DNA of 64,000 bases from Acidobacteriota bacterium (GTDB lineage Bacteria; Acidobacteriota; Vicinamibacteria; Vicinamibacterales; 2-12-FULL-66-21). Below, one piece after another: positions 17,327 through 26,319 of the stretch (position 1 is its first letter; the number at the start of each line of letters is the position of its first letter). The notes beneath the pieces are model-generated. The model ran no database searches. It was not told the origin of the DNA and saw nothing but the letters and a program-made list of their open reading frames with translations. Location of the stretch: assembly GCA_046733875.1 (NCBI GenBank), contig JBKPQB010000006.1:4137-68136 (forward strand), in the 5' to 3' direction. A program made the translations under genes and the position numbers.

Positions 17327-18732
17327 ACGGGCGCAGCGTCACCATTGTCGGCGGCGGGCTTGCGGGCAGCGAGGCCGCGTGGCAGGCTGCGTCCCGCGGC
17401 GTTCCTGTCGTCCTGCACGAGATGCGGCCAGTGCGCGCGACGGCCGTTCACAAGACGGACGGTCTCGCGGAGCTGGTGTGCAGCAACTCGTTTCGCGGCG
17501 ACAAGCTCGATAATGCCGTCGGTCTCCTGAAGGAGGAGATGCGGCGGCTTGGGTCGATCGTCATGCACGCCGCGGATGCGACGCGGGTCCCTGCCGGCGC
17601 GGCGCTCGCGGTTGACCGCGAACAGTTCAGCGCGCGCGTGACGGAGGCGATCTCCACCCATCCCTTGATCTCCATCGTCCGTGACGAGGTGACGGAGATT
17701 CCGTCACCGTCCGACGGCCCCGTCATCATCGCGACGGGCCCGCTCACGTCGGACGCGCTCAGCGCGCAGATCGCGGCGCTCGTCGGTTCGGACCATCTTT
17801 ATTTCTACGACGCGATCAGCCCGATCGTGCTCGCCGAGAGCATCGACCGCACGAAGGTCTATCGCGCGTCGCGTTGGGGACGGAGTCTTCCCGTGGCTTC
17901 CGACTTTAGCCGGAAGATCCAGTCCCCACCCGCCTGCGGCGTGGACGACGGAGAAGGGGATTACCTGAACTGCCCCTTCACGCGCGAGGAGTACGGACGC
18001 TTCTACGACGCCGTCATCTCGGCGGAGAAGGCGCCGCTCCATGATTTCGATCGGGCAAAGTTCTTCGAGGGCTGTCTTCCGATCGAGGTGATGGCCGCTC
18101 GCGGCGTCGACACACTCCGATTCGGCCCCATGAAGCCCGTCGGGCTGCCCGATCCGCGCACGTCGCGTGAGCCCTATGCGGTCGTCCAACTGCGGCAGGA
18201 CAACATTGCCGGCGATCACTTCAGCCTCGTCGGCTTTCAGACGCAGATGAAGTGGGGCGAGCAGGCGAGGGTCCTGCGTCTCATCCCCGGGCTCGAGTCG
18301 GCGGAATTCGTCCGGTTCGGCATGATTCACCGCAACACGTACGTCAATTCGCCCACGGTGCTGCGTCCGACGTGGCAGACTCGCATGCGCGACGACCTGT
18401 TCTTTGCGGGACAGATGTCCGGCGTCGAAGGCTACGTCGAATCCGCCGCGTCCGGTCTGATCGCGGGTCGCAATGCGGCTGCGCTCATCCAGGGAGATCC
18501 CCTTCTCGTTGCGCCGCGGACGACGGCAATCGGCGCGCTGTCCTATTACGTGTCGCACGCCGATCCGAAACACTATGTGCCGTCGAACATCGCGTTCGGC
18601 CTGCTGCCGCCGCTCGATCGGCCGCCGCGGCGAAAACCGGATCGGAAGGTTGCGATCTCGGAGCGGGCGCTGGCGGATCTCGGGGCGTGGATGGCGTCGA
18701 CCGACGCGGTTCACGCCCAGGACCTTCGCTGA
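17317..18732 (+). CDS. trmFO: Methylenetetrahydrofolate--tRNA-(uracil-5-)-methyltransferase TrmFO; exact start uncertain
   Basis: VTIVGGGLAGSEAAWQAA FAD motif, AELVCSNSFR, GFQTQMKWGEQ, FAGQMSGVEGYVESAASG. Confidence 0.93.
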   Translation: MGIDGRSVTIVGGGLAGSEAAWQAASRGVPVVLHEMRPVRATAVHKTDGLAELVCSNSFRGDKLDNAVGLLKEEMRRLGSIVMHAADATRVPAGAALAVDREQFSARVTEAISTHPLISIVRDEVTEIPSPSDGPVIIATGPLTSDALSAQIAALVGSDHLYFYDAISPIVLAESIDRTKVYRASRWGRSLPVASDFSRKIQSPPACGVDDGEGDYLNCPFTREEYGRFYDAVISAEKAPLHDFDRAKFFEGCLPIEVMAARGVDTLRFGPMKPVGLPDPRTSREPYAVVQLRQDNIAGDHFSLVGFQTQMKWGEQARVLRLIPGLESAEFVRFGMIHRNTYVNSPTVLRPTWQTRMRDDLFFAGQMSGVEGYVESAASGLIAGRNAAALIQGDPLLVAPRTTAIGALSYYVSHADPKHYVPSNIAFGLLPPLDRPPRRKPDRKVAISERALADLGAWMASTDAVHAQDLR

Positions 18733-19800
18733 GTGAAGGATCGATTAAGGGATTTTCTCGAGCATCTTCAATACAACGAGAACGCGTCGGCACACACCGT
18801 GCGCGCGTATGAGAGCGATCTGTCGCAATACCTCGCGTTCGTGGCGGCGCAGTGTGGCCGGCGTCAGGCGGATCTGACGGCGGTCGATCTGGACCATCTG
18901 AGCGCGCGCGCGTTTCTGGGCGATCGCGCGCACCGGGGCAACTCGAAGGCGTCCGCCGCGCGCAAGCTCTCCGCCATCCGCGCGTTCGGCCGGTATCTCC
19001 GGCGCGAAGGCGTTCTGGAGGGAGACCCGGCGGCGCTCGTCGGCACGCCGAAGCGGGAGCAGCGGATTCCCGCGCACCTTGCCGTCGAGGAGATGTCGAA
19101 GCTGCTGGACATGCCGGATCGGGCCACGGCGCTGGGCCGCCGCGACGGTGCGATTCTCGAGCTGTTCTACGCGTCCGGGCTGCGCCTGAGCGAGCTGGTG
19201 GGCCTCGATCTCGAGGACGTCAACCTCTCGGGCCGGGTCGTCCGCGTCCTGGGGAAGGGGCGCAAGGAACGGATCGTCCCCTTCAATCCTCCGACCGCCG
19301 ACGCCCTCCGCGCCTGGCTCGCGGACCGTGAGCGATTCCTGCCTCCCGGTGCTCTGACCCCGGCGTCGCGCAAAGACGCCACAGTCGGGGGTCAGAGCTC
19401 GCGGGACGGCGGCGAGGGTTTGAGCAAACGCGTCAACGACTTGCCTCGAGGCCGCGCGTCGGGGGCTCTGACCCCGGGGTCCGGCAAAACCGCCACACTC
19501 CGGGGTCAGAGCACGGGGCGGCGGGAGGCGCTGTTCCTGAACTACCGCGGCGGACGCCTCTCGACGCGCAGCGTCGACAAGCTCGTGCGGAGGTACGTCG
19601 CTGCCTGCAGCACCCGCTACGGGATCAGCCCCCATGCGCTGCGGCATTCCTTCGCCACCCACCTGCTGGAGGCCGGGGCCGACCTGCGCGCCATTCAGGA
19701 ACTCCTCGGGCACGCGCGTCTCAGCACCACGCAGCGCTACACGCACGTGAACGCCGCCCAGCTCCTCGACACCTACCGCAAGGCCCACCCAAAAGCGTAA
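18733..19800 (+). CDS. xerC: Tyrosine recombinase XerC/XerD family, with a ~55-aa insertion
   Basis: Catalytic blocks ELFYASGLRLSEL, HALRHSFATHLL, LGHARLSTTQRYTHV. GTG start directly after the trmFO stop. Insertion FLPPGALTP...RGQSTGRREALF lies between the two domains. Confidence 0.88.
   Translation: MKDRLRDFLEHLQYNENASAHTVRAYESDLSQYLAFVAAQCGRRQADLTAVDLDHLSARAFLGDRAHRGNSKASAARKLSAIRAFGRYLRREGVLEGDPAALVGTPKREQRIPAHLAVEEMSKLLDMPDRATALGRRDGAILELFYASGLRLSELVGLDLEDVNLSGRVVRVLGKGRKERIVPFNPPTADALRAWLADRERFLPPGALTPASRKDATVGGQSSRDGGEGLSKRVNDLPRGRASGALTPGSGKTATLRGQSTGRREALFLNYRGGRLSTRSVDKLVRRYVAACSTRYGISPHALRHSFATHLLEAGADLRAIQELLGHARLSTTQRYTHVNAAQLLDTYRKAHPKA
19351..19398 (+). repeat. 48-bp palindromic element, copy 1, inside the xerC reading frame
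   Basis: gctctgaccccg...cgggggtcagagc: 11-12 bp terminal inverted stem with an inner ggcgtc..gacgcc stem. Confidence 0.8.
19465..19512 (+). repeat. 48-bp palindromic element, copy 2, inside the xerC reading frame
   Basis: gctctgaccccg-N24-cggggtcagagc: perfect 12-bp terminal stem. Offset from copy 1 is 114 nt (38 codons). Confidence 0.8.
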
Positions 19801-19814
19801 TCGCGACTGCTCTT

Positions 19815-19854
19815 GACGAGGGGGCCCCGCGGCAGGATGATGGGCCCTCTCGTC
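19815..19854 (+). terminator. Stem-loop downstream of xerC
   Basis: gacgagggggccc-N14-gggccctctcgtc: 12 of 13 positions pair. Starts 15 nt after the xerC stop. Confidence 0.4.
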
Positions 19855-19874
19855 ACCCTTTCGGGGCAGGACCC

Positions 19875-20693
19875 ATGCGCACTTTCGGCACGGCGGCGTT
19901 TGCGGTCGCCTCACTCTTGCTGATGGCTCCGTGGTCGTACGCACAGGAGCGTCCGCTTCCGTCCACCCCGATCGTCCTCGCGCCGGTCCGTCTCGCGACG
20001 GCGGCGCAGTTGTCGCGCGATCAAGAGCAGGAGCTCGCGAAGTGGCTCGACGCGATGATCGACTGGCAGCGGCAGGAGAAGCGCTGGCGCAACGAGCCCG
20101 CGCACAACCCGTACGGCAAGATCGTTCCGCGCAAACCGCGGCCCGCAACGCCGGACTGGCTCGAGCCGTACTGCCGCAGCCTTCCACCCAATCCTCTCGC
20201 GCCGCCGCCGAGAGATGTCGATCACGCGTGCCGGATCGTCGCGGGCATGAACGTCGACATCGAAGCGGAGCGCATTCGCCTCCAGACGCAGACCGCGCGC
20301 GCCAATCAGGAGAAGGTGACGCACTCATCGTTCCTCTCGCGTCTTCATCTCGACGGCCTGTGGTCCACGACCTCGTCGGACATTCGCTATTACGGCTTGA
20401 TTGGATCGCACATCAGCCTGGTGGACGTGGGGCGCGTGCAGTTCTTCGGCCCGCCGGGGATTCTGCTGCTGCGCATGCCGGACGTATCCGGGTCGCACCA
20501 GATCCGACTGGGTTATACGTGGGGGATGAGCGTGCGCCTCGCGGACGTGCGCCTGTTCGGACCGACGAAGAACATGACGCTGTTCCTGAGCATCGCGAAG
20601 TGCTGGACGTTCGGGAACACGTACGATCGGTTGAACCCCGGTGGATTCGACATCGCGGGGTTCTCGATCGCGCCGCGCAAGCCGCGGCGATGA
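19875..20693 (+). CDS. Hypothetical secreted protein
   Basis: 272 aa. Signal peptide MRTFGTAAFAVASLLLMAPWSYAQ. No recognised domain. The C-terminal half looks beta-rich. Confidence 0.55.
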   Translation: MRTFGTAAFAVASLLLMAPWSYAQERPLPSTPIVLAPVRLATAAQLSRDQEQELAKWLDAMIDWQRQEKRWRNEPAHNPYGKIVPRKPRPATPDWLEPYCRSLPPNPLAPPPRDVDHACRIVAGMNVDIEAERIRLQTQTARANQEKVTHSSFLSRLHLDGLWSTTSSDIRYYGLIGSHISLVDVGRVQFFGPPGILLLRMPDVSGSHQIRLGYTWGMSVRLADVRLFGPTKNMTLFLSIAKCWTFGNTYDRLNPGGFDIAGFSIAPRKPRR

Positions 20694-20730
20694 CGGATCG
20701 CAGCCCTGAAAGGGCCGCGCCACGATCCGC

Positions 20731-20752
20731 GGGACTGAAGTCCTGCGCTACG
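20731..20752 (+). repeat. Copy d of the GC-rich intergenic motif
   Basis: gggactgaagtcctgcgctacg, preceded by the gccc-tgaaa-gggc hairpin (20703-20715). Lies between convergent genes and overlaps the regulator stop codon. Confidence 0.45.
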
Positions 20753-22169
20753 CGGCGGGCGACGCAGGCGCGGTCTGTGGCTCCGCGACGACCCGGCGGC
20801 CGCGCGGGTACTCGATCGCGAGTGTCTTGATCTTGTAGTTCATCACGCGCGGGCTGATCGACAGCAGTTCCGCCGCGTCCTTCTGCACCCAGTTCGACAT
20901 CTTCAGCGCTTCGACGAGCGCCTGCCGCTCGATCTCCTCGAGCGGGATCCCCGTCGGCGGGATTTTGACGACCGGGCTGCCGTCGCTCGACGGCGTGCTC
21001 GTCGAGAGCTCGCCGAGACGCAGATCCGCGTTGGAGAGCAGCGGACCTTCCGTCAGCAGCACCGCGCGTTCGATGGCGTTCTCCAGCTCGCGGATGTTGC
21101 CGGGCCAGTTGTAGCGCATCAGCAGCTTCAGCGCCTCGGGCGACAGCCCATCGAGCTTCTTCTTCAGCTCGCCCGCGAAGCGGCGCAGGAAGAACGTCGC
21201 GAGCGCTGGGATGTCATCCTTCCGCTCGCGCAGCGGCGGCATGTCGATTGACACGACGTTGAGCCGGTAGTACAGGTCCTCGCGGAACTGCGCGTTCGCG
21301 ACCATCTGCGGCAGGTTGCGGTTCGTCGCCGCAATCACCCGGACGTCGGTTCGCAGCGTTCGCGTCCCGCCGAGGCGTTCGAACTCGTGCTCCTGCAGGA
21401 CGCGGAGGATCTTCGCCTGCGTGTTGGCGCTCATGTCGCCGACTTCGTCGAGGAACAACGTGCCGCCGTCCGCCTGCTCGAAGCGGCCGACGCGCTGCTT
21501 GTCCGCGCCGGTGAACGCGCCCTTCTCGTGGCCGAACAGCTCGGACTCGAGCAGGTTCTCCTGCAGCGCCGCGCAGTTCACCTTGACGAAATTCCGCCCC
21601 GCGCGCAGCGAGTTGTGGTGGATCGCGCCGGCGATGAGCTCCTTACCCGTGCCCGTTTCGCCGCGGATCAGGACCGTGGTGTTGCTCTTCGCGACCTTCT
21701 TCACGATCGCGAGCACCGACTGCAGCGCGCCGCTCGCGCCGACGATCCGGTCGAACTCGTAGATGTCCTGCTGCGTGTGGCGGAGATACTCGATCTCGTG
21801 GCGGAGGCGGCGCACCTCGATCGCCTTTTCCACCTTGAGCTCCATCTCCTCGATCTCGAACGGCTTCTGGACGTAGTCGAACGCCCCGATCTTCATCGCC
21901 TCGACGGCCGTGTGCACCGATCCGAACGCCGTCATGAGGATCACCGCGGTCGACGGGTGCAGCGCCTTCGCCGTCCGCAGCACGTCGAGGCCGTCGCTGC
22001 CGCCCATCTTCAGATCGCTCAGGACGACATCGAACTGCCCTTCGTGGAGCTTCTCGATCGCCACGTTGCCGTTCGGCGCCTCGTCGACCTCGTGGTGCGC
22101 GTCCGACAGCGCGCGAACGATCCCGCGTCTCAGTGAATCGTGGTCGTCCGCAACCAGAATCCGTCCCAT
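20748..22169 (-). CDS. Sigma-54-dependent response regulator (NtrC/AtoC family)
   Basis: Receiver ILVADDHDSLR..VLSDLKMGG. AAA+ Walker A GETGTGKE. Sigma-54 contact motif EKGAFTGA. C-terminal HTH AAELLSISPRVMNYKIK. Confidence 0.92.
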   Translation of the reverse strand: MGRILVADDHDSLRRGIVRALSDAHHEVDEAPNGNVAIEKLHEGQFDVVLSDLKMGGSDGLDVLRTAKALHPSTAVILMTAFGSVHTAVEAMKIGAFDYVQKPFEIEEMELKVEKAIEVRRLRHEIEYLRHTQQDIYEFDRIVGASGALQSVLAIVKKVAKSNTTVLIRGETGTGKELIAGAIHHNSLRAGRNFVKVNCAALQENLLESELFGHEKGAFTGADKQRVGRFEQADGGTLFLDEVGDMSANTQAKILRVLQEHEFERLGGTRTLRTDVRVIAATNRNLPQMVANAQFREDLYYRLNVVSIDMPPLRERKDDIPALATFFLRRFAGELKKKLDGLSPEALKLLMRYNWPGNIRELENAIERAVLLTEGPLLSNADLRLGELSTSTPSSDGSPVVKIPPTGIPLEEIERQALVEALKMSNWVQKDAAELLSISPRVMNYKIKTLAIEYPRGRRVVAEPQTAPASPAA

Positions 22170-22180
22170 ATGCTCCTCTG

Positions 22181-23383
22181 CTATCCGAACAGCTCGTGCT
22201 GGTTCTTCACCGGCAACGTCACGCGAAACGTCGTCCCGCCTCCGTGCCGCGGCGTGAGATCGATGCGCCCGTCGTGCGCGTCGATGATCTTGCGGACGAT
22301 CGCGAGCCCCAGCCCCGAGCCCTGCGGCTTCGTCGTGAAGAACGGGCTGAAGATTCGATCGGCGACTTCCGGCGGCACGCCCGGGCCGCTGTCGCTCACC
22401 GTGACCAGCACCATCGGTCCCGCGGGCTCCACGCCCGGCACCGTCTCCTCCTCCGCGGCGATGGTCGTGCCCTGGATATGCACCTCGCCCGTGCCGGCGA
22501 GCGCCTCGAACGCGTTGGTCAGAAGATTCGTGAAGAGCTGCCGCAGCTGGTGAGGATCGCCCTGAATCGGATGCAGCTCCGGCGGGATCGCAACGGCGAC
22601 CCGCACGTTGCCTTTCGCCACGTGGCTGTCCGCCATCACGATTGCGTCCCGCAGCACGTCACGCAGCGCGATATGCTCCACCTGCAGACGAATCGGACGA
22701 ACGAACTCGAGCACCTCGAGGACGATGGCGTTGGCCATCTTCGCTTCCTTGATGATGTCCGCAAGGATCGTCTGCGCGTCTTCGGACGCGGGAAGCTGTC
22801 GCTTGAGAATCCCCGCCATCACTTCGATTCCCGCCAGCGGGTTCTTGACTTCGTGCGCGATCGCCGCGGCCATCTCGCCCAGCGCCGCAAGCCGATCGCG
22901 CAGCCGCTCCCGCTCCTCTTCCTGCTCGACGCGAGTCAGGTCCTTGAAAAACAGCGTGGCTCCGATCGGCCGGCCGCGGCCGTTCAGGACGTGCGACAGC
23001 GTGTAGCCGATCACCTTGCCGCTGCGCTTGAGCCGCAGCTCGGCGCGGTTCGGCAGGTGCGAGAGATCGAACGAGCCCGCGAGAATGCGGCAAACGTCGG
23101 GCACGTCCTTCAGCACCTCCGCGAAGGGCCGGCCGATGTCCGACGGACGCGCCTTCAGCCCGAGGATCCCGTACGCGTTGTCGTTCATCACGGCGATGCG
23201 GCCGTCGCGCATGATCGCGACGACCCCGTTGCGCAGGTTCCACACGAGGTCGCGGTAGAACCCGTCCGGGACGGCCGGATCTCCGGCGGGCCGGCGCTTG
23301 GGCTTGCGCACGGGCTTCGTGCCCGGCCTCGCCCCTCGCCCAGGCTCGGGGCGACGCGCCGCACGCGGCTTTCGTCTGGACAT
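22181..23383 (-). CDS. Cytoplasmic PAS-domain sensor histidine kinase (start moved to MSRRKP)
   Basis: H-box AHEVKNPLAGI. N box LFTNLLTNAFEA. G boxes DSGPGVPPE and GSGLGLAIVRKI. No TM segment. The ORF-track start at 23689 would overlap the ABC-F gene. Confidence 0.85.
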   Translation of the reverse strand: MSRRKPRAARRPEPGRGARPGTKPVRKPKRRPAGDPAVPDGFYRDLVWNLRNGVVAIMRDGRIAVMNDNAYGILGLKARPSDIGRPFAEVLKDVPDVCRILAGSFDLSHLPNRAELRLKRSGKVIGYTLSHVLNGRGRPIGATLFFKDLTRVEQEEERERLRDRLAALGEMAAAIAHEVKNPLAGIEVMAGILKRQLPASEDAQTILADIIKEAKMANAIVLEVLEFVRPIRLQVEHIALRDVLRDAIVMADSHVAKGNVRVAVAIPPELHPIQGDPHQLRQLFTNLLTNAFEALAGTGEVHIQGTTIAAEEETVPGVEPAGPMVLVTVSDSGPGVPPEVADRIFSPFFTTKPQGSGLGLAIVRKIIDAHDGRIDLTPRHGGGTTFRVTLPVKNQHELFG

Positions 23384-23546
23384 GACAACAGCCTCGAACC
23401 CGGGCAGCGGTTCGGGCGACGATATTGTAATCGCCGTGTGAGACTGAGCCAAGCGCTTTTCCATCTGCTGTTTACAGCCGTCAGGCTGGACGAGTGCCGC
23501 CGGCGTACACTCCGCCCGACACTCGTCCGGGACCTGGGCCGTTGGG

Positions 23547-23560
23547 GCAAAGGGTATGCC
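23547..23560 (-). promoter_or_regulatory. Candidate sigma-54 (-24/-12) promoter upstream of the kinase/NtrC pair
   Basis: Minus strand reads GGGGCAT-ACCCT-TTGCC with GG-N10-GC spacing (consensus TGGCAC-N5-TTGCW). About 165 nt upstream of the ATG at 23383. Confidence 0.35.
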
Positions 23561-23655
23561 CCGGCGCCGAGCCCTCTCATGCGCGAGTTTGTTCGGGAAA
23601 ATGCCCGATCGCGCCCGTGCGCGATCGACGGAGTGATGACAAATCTGGCTGGTAC

Positions 23656-25653
23656 TTACACTTTTGTGTCTGTCTGCAGAGTCTCCCACTGGTTCATCAA
23701 GTCACCGACCTCCCACATCAGGGCCTGATGGCGATCGATGATCGGCTGTGCGGCGTCGCGATCGTCGTAGAAGCCGGGCGCAGCCATCGTGCGTTCGAGG
23801 TCCTTGATGGCCTGCTCGCGATCGGCGATCCGCGTCTCGAGCTCCTGGACGCGCCGCAGGCGTGCTTCCTGGTCGCGCCGCGCGCGCCGGGCCTCCGCGT
23901 CCTGCCGCTTCTTGTCGGCATAGCTCGGCGCGACCCCGATGCTTTTCGGCTGAGGAGCCGACTCGCGGGTCTTTGCGGGCGGAGCGTGTCGAACCGCTGA
24001 CGCCGCGGGTTGGGTCTGGCGCGCGGGCGCTGCAGCGGATTCCCGTTCGCGCGCTTTGCGGCTCCACAGGAACTCCTCGTATGTACCCGGATACACCAGC
24101 GCGTCGCCATGGCCGACCTCGATGATCTTGGTCGCGAGCTTGTCGACGAAGTACCGGTCGTGCGAAACGAAGATCAGTGTGCCGCCGAAATCCTCGAGCG
24201 CTTCGAGCAGTACGTCCTTCGAATCGAGATCGAGGTGATTCGTGGGCTCGTCGAGGAGCAATGTGTTGGCCGGCCGCAGCAGCATGCGTGCCACGGCGAG
24301 CCGGGTGCGCTCGCCTCCTGACAGCACGCGCACCGGCTTCTCGATGTCGTCGCCGGAGAAGAGGAATCCTCCGAGGATCGTCCGGATGTGCGGGACCATG
24401 TGGATCGGCGAATCGCCCGTGAGCGTCTGGTACACCGTCAGCGTCGAATCCAGGCGGGTCGCTTCGTCCTGCGCGAAGTACTGCGTCACGAGGTGATGCC
24501 CTTCGGTGCGGGTGCCCCCGTCCGGCGCCTCGACTCCCGAGAGCATGCGCATCAGCGTGGACTTGCCCGCGCCGTTCGGTCCGATCAGCGCGATCCGATC
24601 GCCGCGCTCGATGTGCAGCGTGACGTCCGCAAACACGCAGCGCGTCCCGTACGCCTTTCGCGCGCGTTTCAGCTCGAGTACCATCCGACCGCTCTTCTGG
24701 CACTGCGGAAAATGAAAGCGCACGCGTTTCCGCTCGGGCGGAATCTCGATGGGCACGATCTTGTCGAGCATCTTGATCCGGCTCTGCACCTGCGAGGCCT
24801 TCGTCGCCTGATAGCGAAAGCGGTTGATGAACGCCTGCATTCGCTCGATCTCTTCGTCCTGCTCTCGCTTCTGCTGTCGCAGCCGCTCCATTCGCGCGTC
24901 CCGCTCGCGGACGTACGCCGTGTAGTTGCCGACGTAGTCCGTCAGCGTGCGCATCCCGATTTCGGTGATGCGCGTGACGACGGCATCGAGGAAGAAGCGA
25001 TCGTGCGAGACGAGGATGACCGCGTGCGGATACGTCGAGAGGTACTCCTCGAGCCAGTTGCGCGCTTCGAGATCGAGATGGTTCGTCGGCTCGTCGAGCA
25101 GGAGGAGCCCGGGACGCCCGAGGAGCAGCCGCGCGAGCGCGATGCGCATCTGCCAGCCGCCGGAGAACGTTTCTGTGGGCTTGTCGAGATCCTCTTCCAA
25201 GAACCCGAGTCCGCGCAGCACCGTCGTCACCTTCAGATCGATGCTGTAGCCCTCGCCGCGTCTGAACGCGTCCTGTAGCTCGGCGTAACGCGTGAGCATC
25301 GCCTCGTGCTCGTCCTGCGACGCGTCGTCGTGGCCGAGCCGATCCTCGAGCGCGGCGATCTCATCGCGGATGTCGAGCAGCGGCTTGAACGCCAGGCTCG
25401 CCTCGTCGCGCAGCGTGCGTCCGCTGTGATTCAGGCCGTCCTGAGGCAGGTAGCCAATGGTCAGGCCGGCGGGCTTCACGACCTGGCCCGAGTCGGGCTC
25501 ATCCAGTTCGGCGAGCATCTTCAGCAGCGTGGTCTTGCCGGCGCCGTTCGGACCGCTCAGACCGACGCGCTCCCGATCGTCGATCTGCCAGGTGACGTTG
25601 TCGAGCAGGACGCGATCGCCGAAGGATTTCGAAACGGCTGTGAGCTGAATCAC
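23656..25653 (-). CDS. ABC-F family ATPase (Uup/YheS-like, with a charged C-terminal extension)
   Basis: 665 aa, GTG start. Two Walker A motifs (GPNGAGKTTL, GPNGAGKSTL). Signatures FSGGWQMRIAL and LSGGERTRLAV. No TM domain. C-terminal Arg/Glu-rich coiled region. Confidence 0.92.
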   Translation of the reverse strand: MIQLTAVSKSFGDRVLLDNVTWQIDDRERVGLSGPNGAGKTTLLKMLAELDEPDSGQVVKPAGLTIGYLPQDGLNHSGRTLRDEASLAFKPLLDIRDEIAALEDRLGHDDASQDEHEAMLTRYAELQDAFRRGEGYSIDLKVTTVLRGLGFLEEDLDKPTETFSGGWQMRIALARLLLGRPGLLLLDEPTNHLDLEARNWLEEYLSTYPHAVILVSHDRFFLDAVVTRITEIGMRTLTDYVGNYTAYVRERDARMERLRQQKREQDEEIERMQAFINRFRYQATKASQVQSRIKMLDKIVPIEIPPERKRVRFHFPQCQKSGRMVLELKRARKAYGTRCVFADVTLHIERGDRIALIGPNGAGKSTLMRMLSGVEAPDGGTRTEGHHLVTQYFAQDEATRLDSTLTVYQTLTGDSPIHMVPHIRTILGGFLFSGDDIEKPVRVLSGGERTRLAVARMLLRPANTLLLDEPTNHLDLDSKDVLLEALEDFGGTLIFVSHDRYFVDKLATKIIEVGHGDALVYPGTYEEFLWSRKARERESAAAPARQTQPAASAVRHAPPAKTRESAPQPKSIGVAPSYADKKRQDAEARRARRDQEARLRRVQELETRIADREQAIKDLERTMAAPGFYDDRDAAQPIIDRHQALMWEVGDLMNQWETLQTDTKV

Positions 25654-25675
25654 GGGGAAACCGAGCCAGGTGCGA

Positions 25676-25699
25676 CAGCTAACGCCAAACAGTTAGCTG
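25676..25699 (-). promoter_or_regulatory. 8-bp stem-loop in the presumed 5' leader of the ABC-F gene
   Basis: cagctaac-N8-gttagctg, 22 nt upstream of the GTG start. Confidence 0.3.
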
Positions 25700-25880
25700 C
25701 GAACGGGTTACCGGCACAGGAGGATGGCATTTTAACACAAGGCGCACACGTCGCGCGTCGTCCGGCGGTCGCCCGACGGTCAGGTTCGGACGACCTGAAA
25801 GCTGCGCTATCGGGCCAGTCTGGCCGTTTCTGTCCCGCGCGGCGTGTCGCTGAAGGTACAGAGCAGAAGGTGGCATCCGG

Positions 25881-26285
25881 TTAGGATTGCTCACCCCAGC
25901 AATGCGGTTCCTGTGTGGTTTCGCAGTCAGCGGAGCCTGGCGACGGGCTGGCCGCACGCGCCTTTGCGCTGATCGAAAGCGCGCCTCCAATCGAGGAGGC
26001 GCGTGGAACGAGATCCGCATCTGCACCGGGAAACGCGACGTTCGTGGAGGAGAGCGAGAGCTTTGCAATCGTTCGGACGTCAGCGGAGGGGACGGCGGGA
26101 ACGGCGGTGGACGCGACGGGTTGGGCGTTCGTCGGCGCGGCAAGCGCGGCGAACGCCAGGGCACAGCTGGGAAGACGATGAAAACGCGTGCGAACGTGCC
26201 GGGCGGTTCCCGGCCAGTTATCGGTTACGGCGCGGCAGCCGTGTAGGTGAGCGTCGCTGTGTACGAGCCTGTGTTGTACGGCCAA
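25881..26285 (-). CDS. Hypothetical small secreted protein (start uncertain)
   Basis: Of several overlapping ORFs here, only this frame shows the strong third-position G/C bias of real genes over CALAFAALAAPTNAQP (signal-peptide-like). No domain recognised. Confidence 0.3.
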   Translation of the reverse strand: MAVQHRLVHSDAHLHGCRAVTDNWPGTARHVRTRFHRLPSCALAFAALAAPTNAQPVASTAVPAVPSADVRTIAKLSLSSTNVAFPGADADLVPRASSIGGALSISAKARAASPSPGSADCETTQEPHCWGEQS

Positions 26286-26319
26286 TGTTCACGAGGCGCA
26301 GTGTCATGATCTCTCCAAG

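Noticed and set aside
17880-17945. Possible ~20-aa insertion in TrmFO (RSLPVASDFSRKIQSPPACGVDD), with a short cttccg..cggaag stem in the DNA.
   Set aside because: I cannot align against reference TrmFO sequences without tools. The stem is only 6 bp, so the evidence is too weak to report as a finding.
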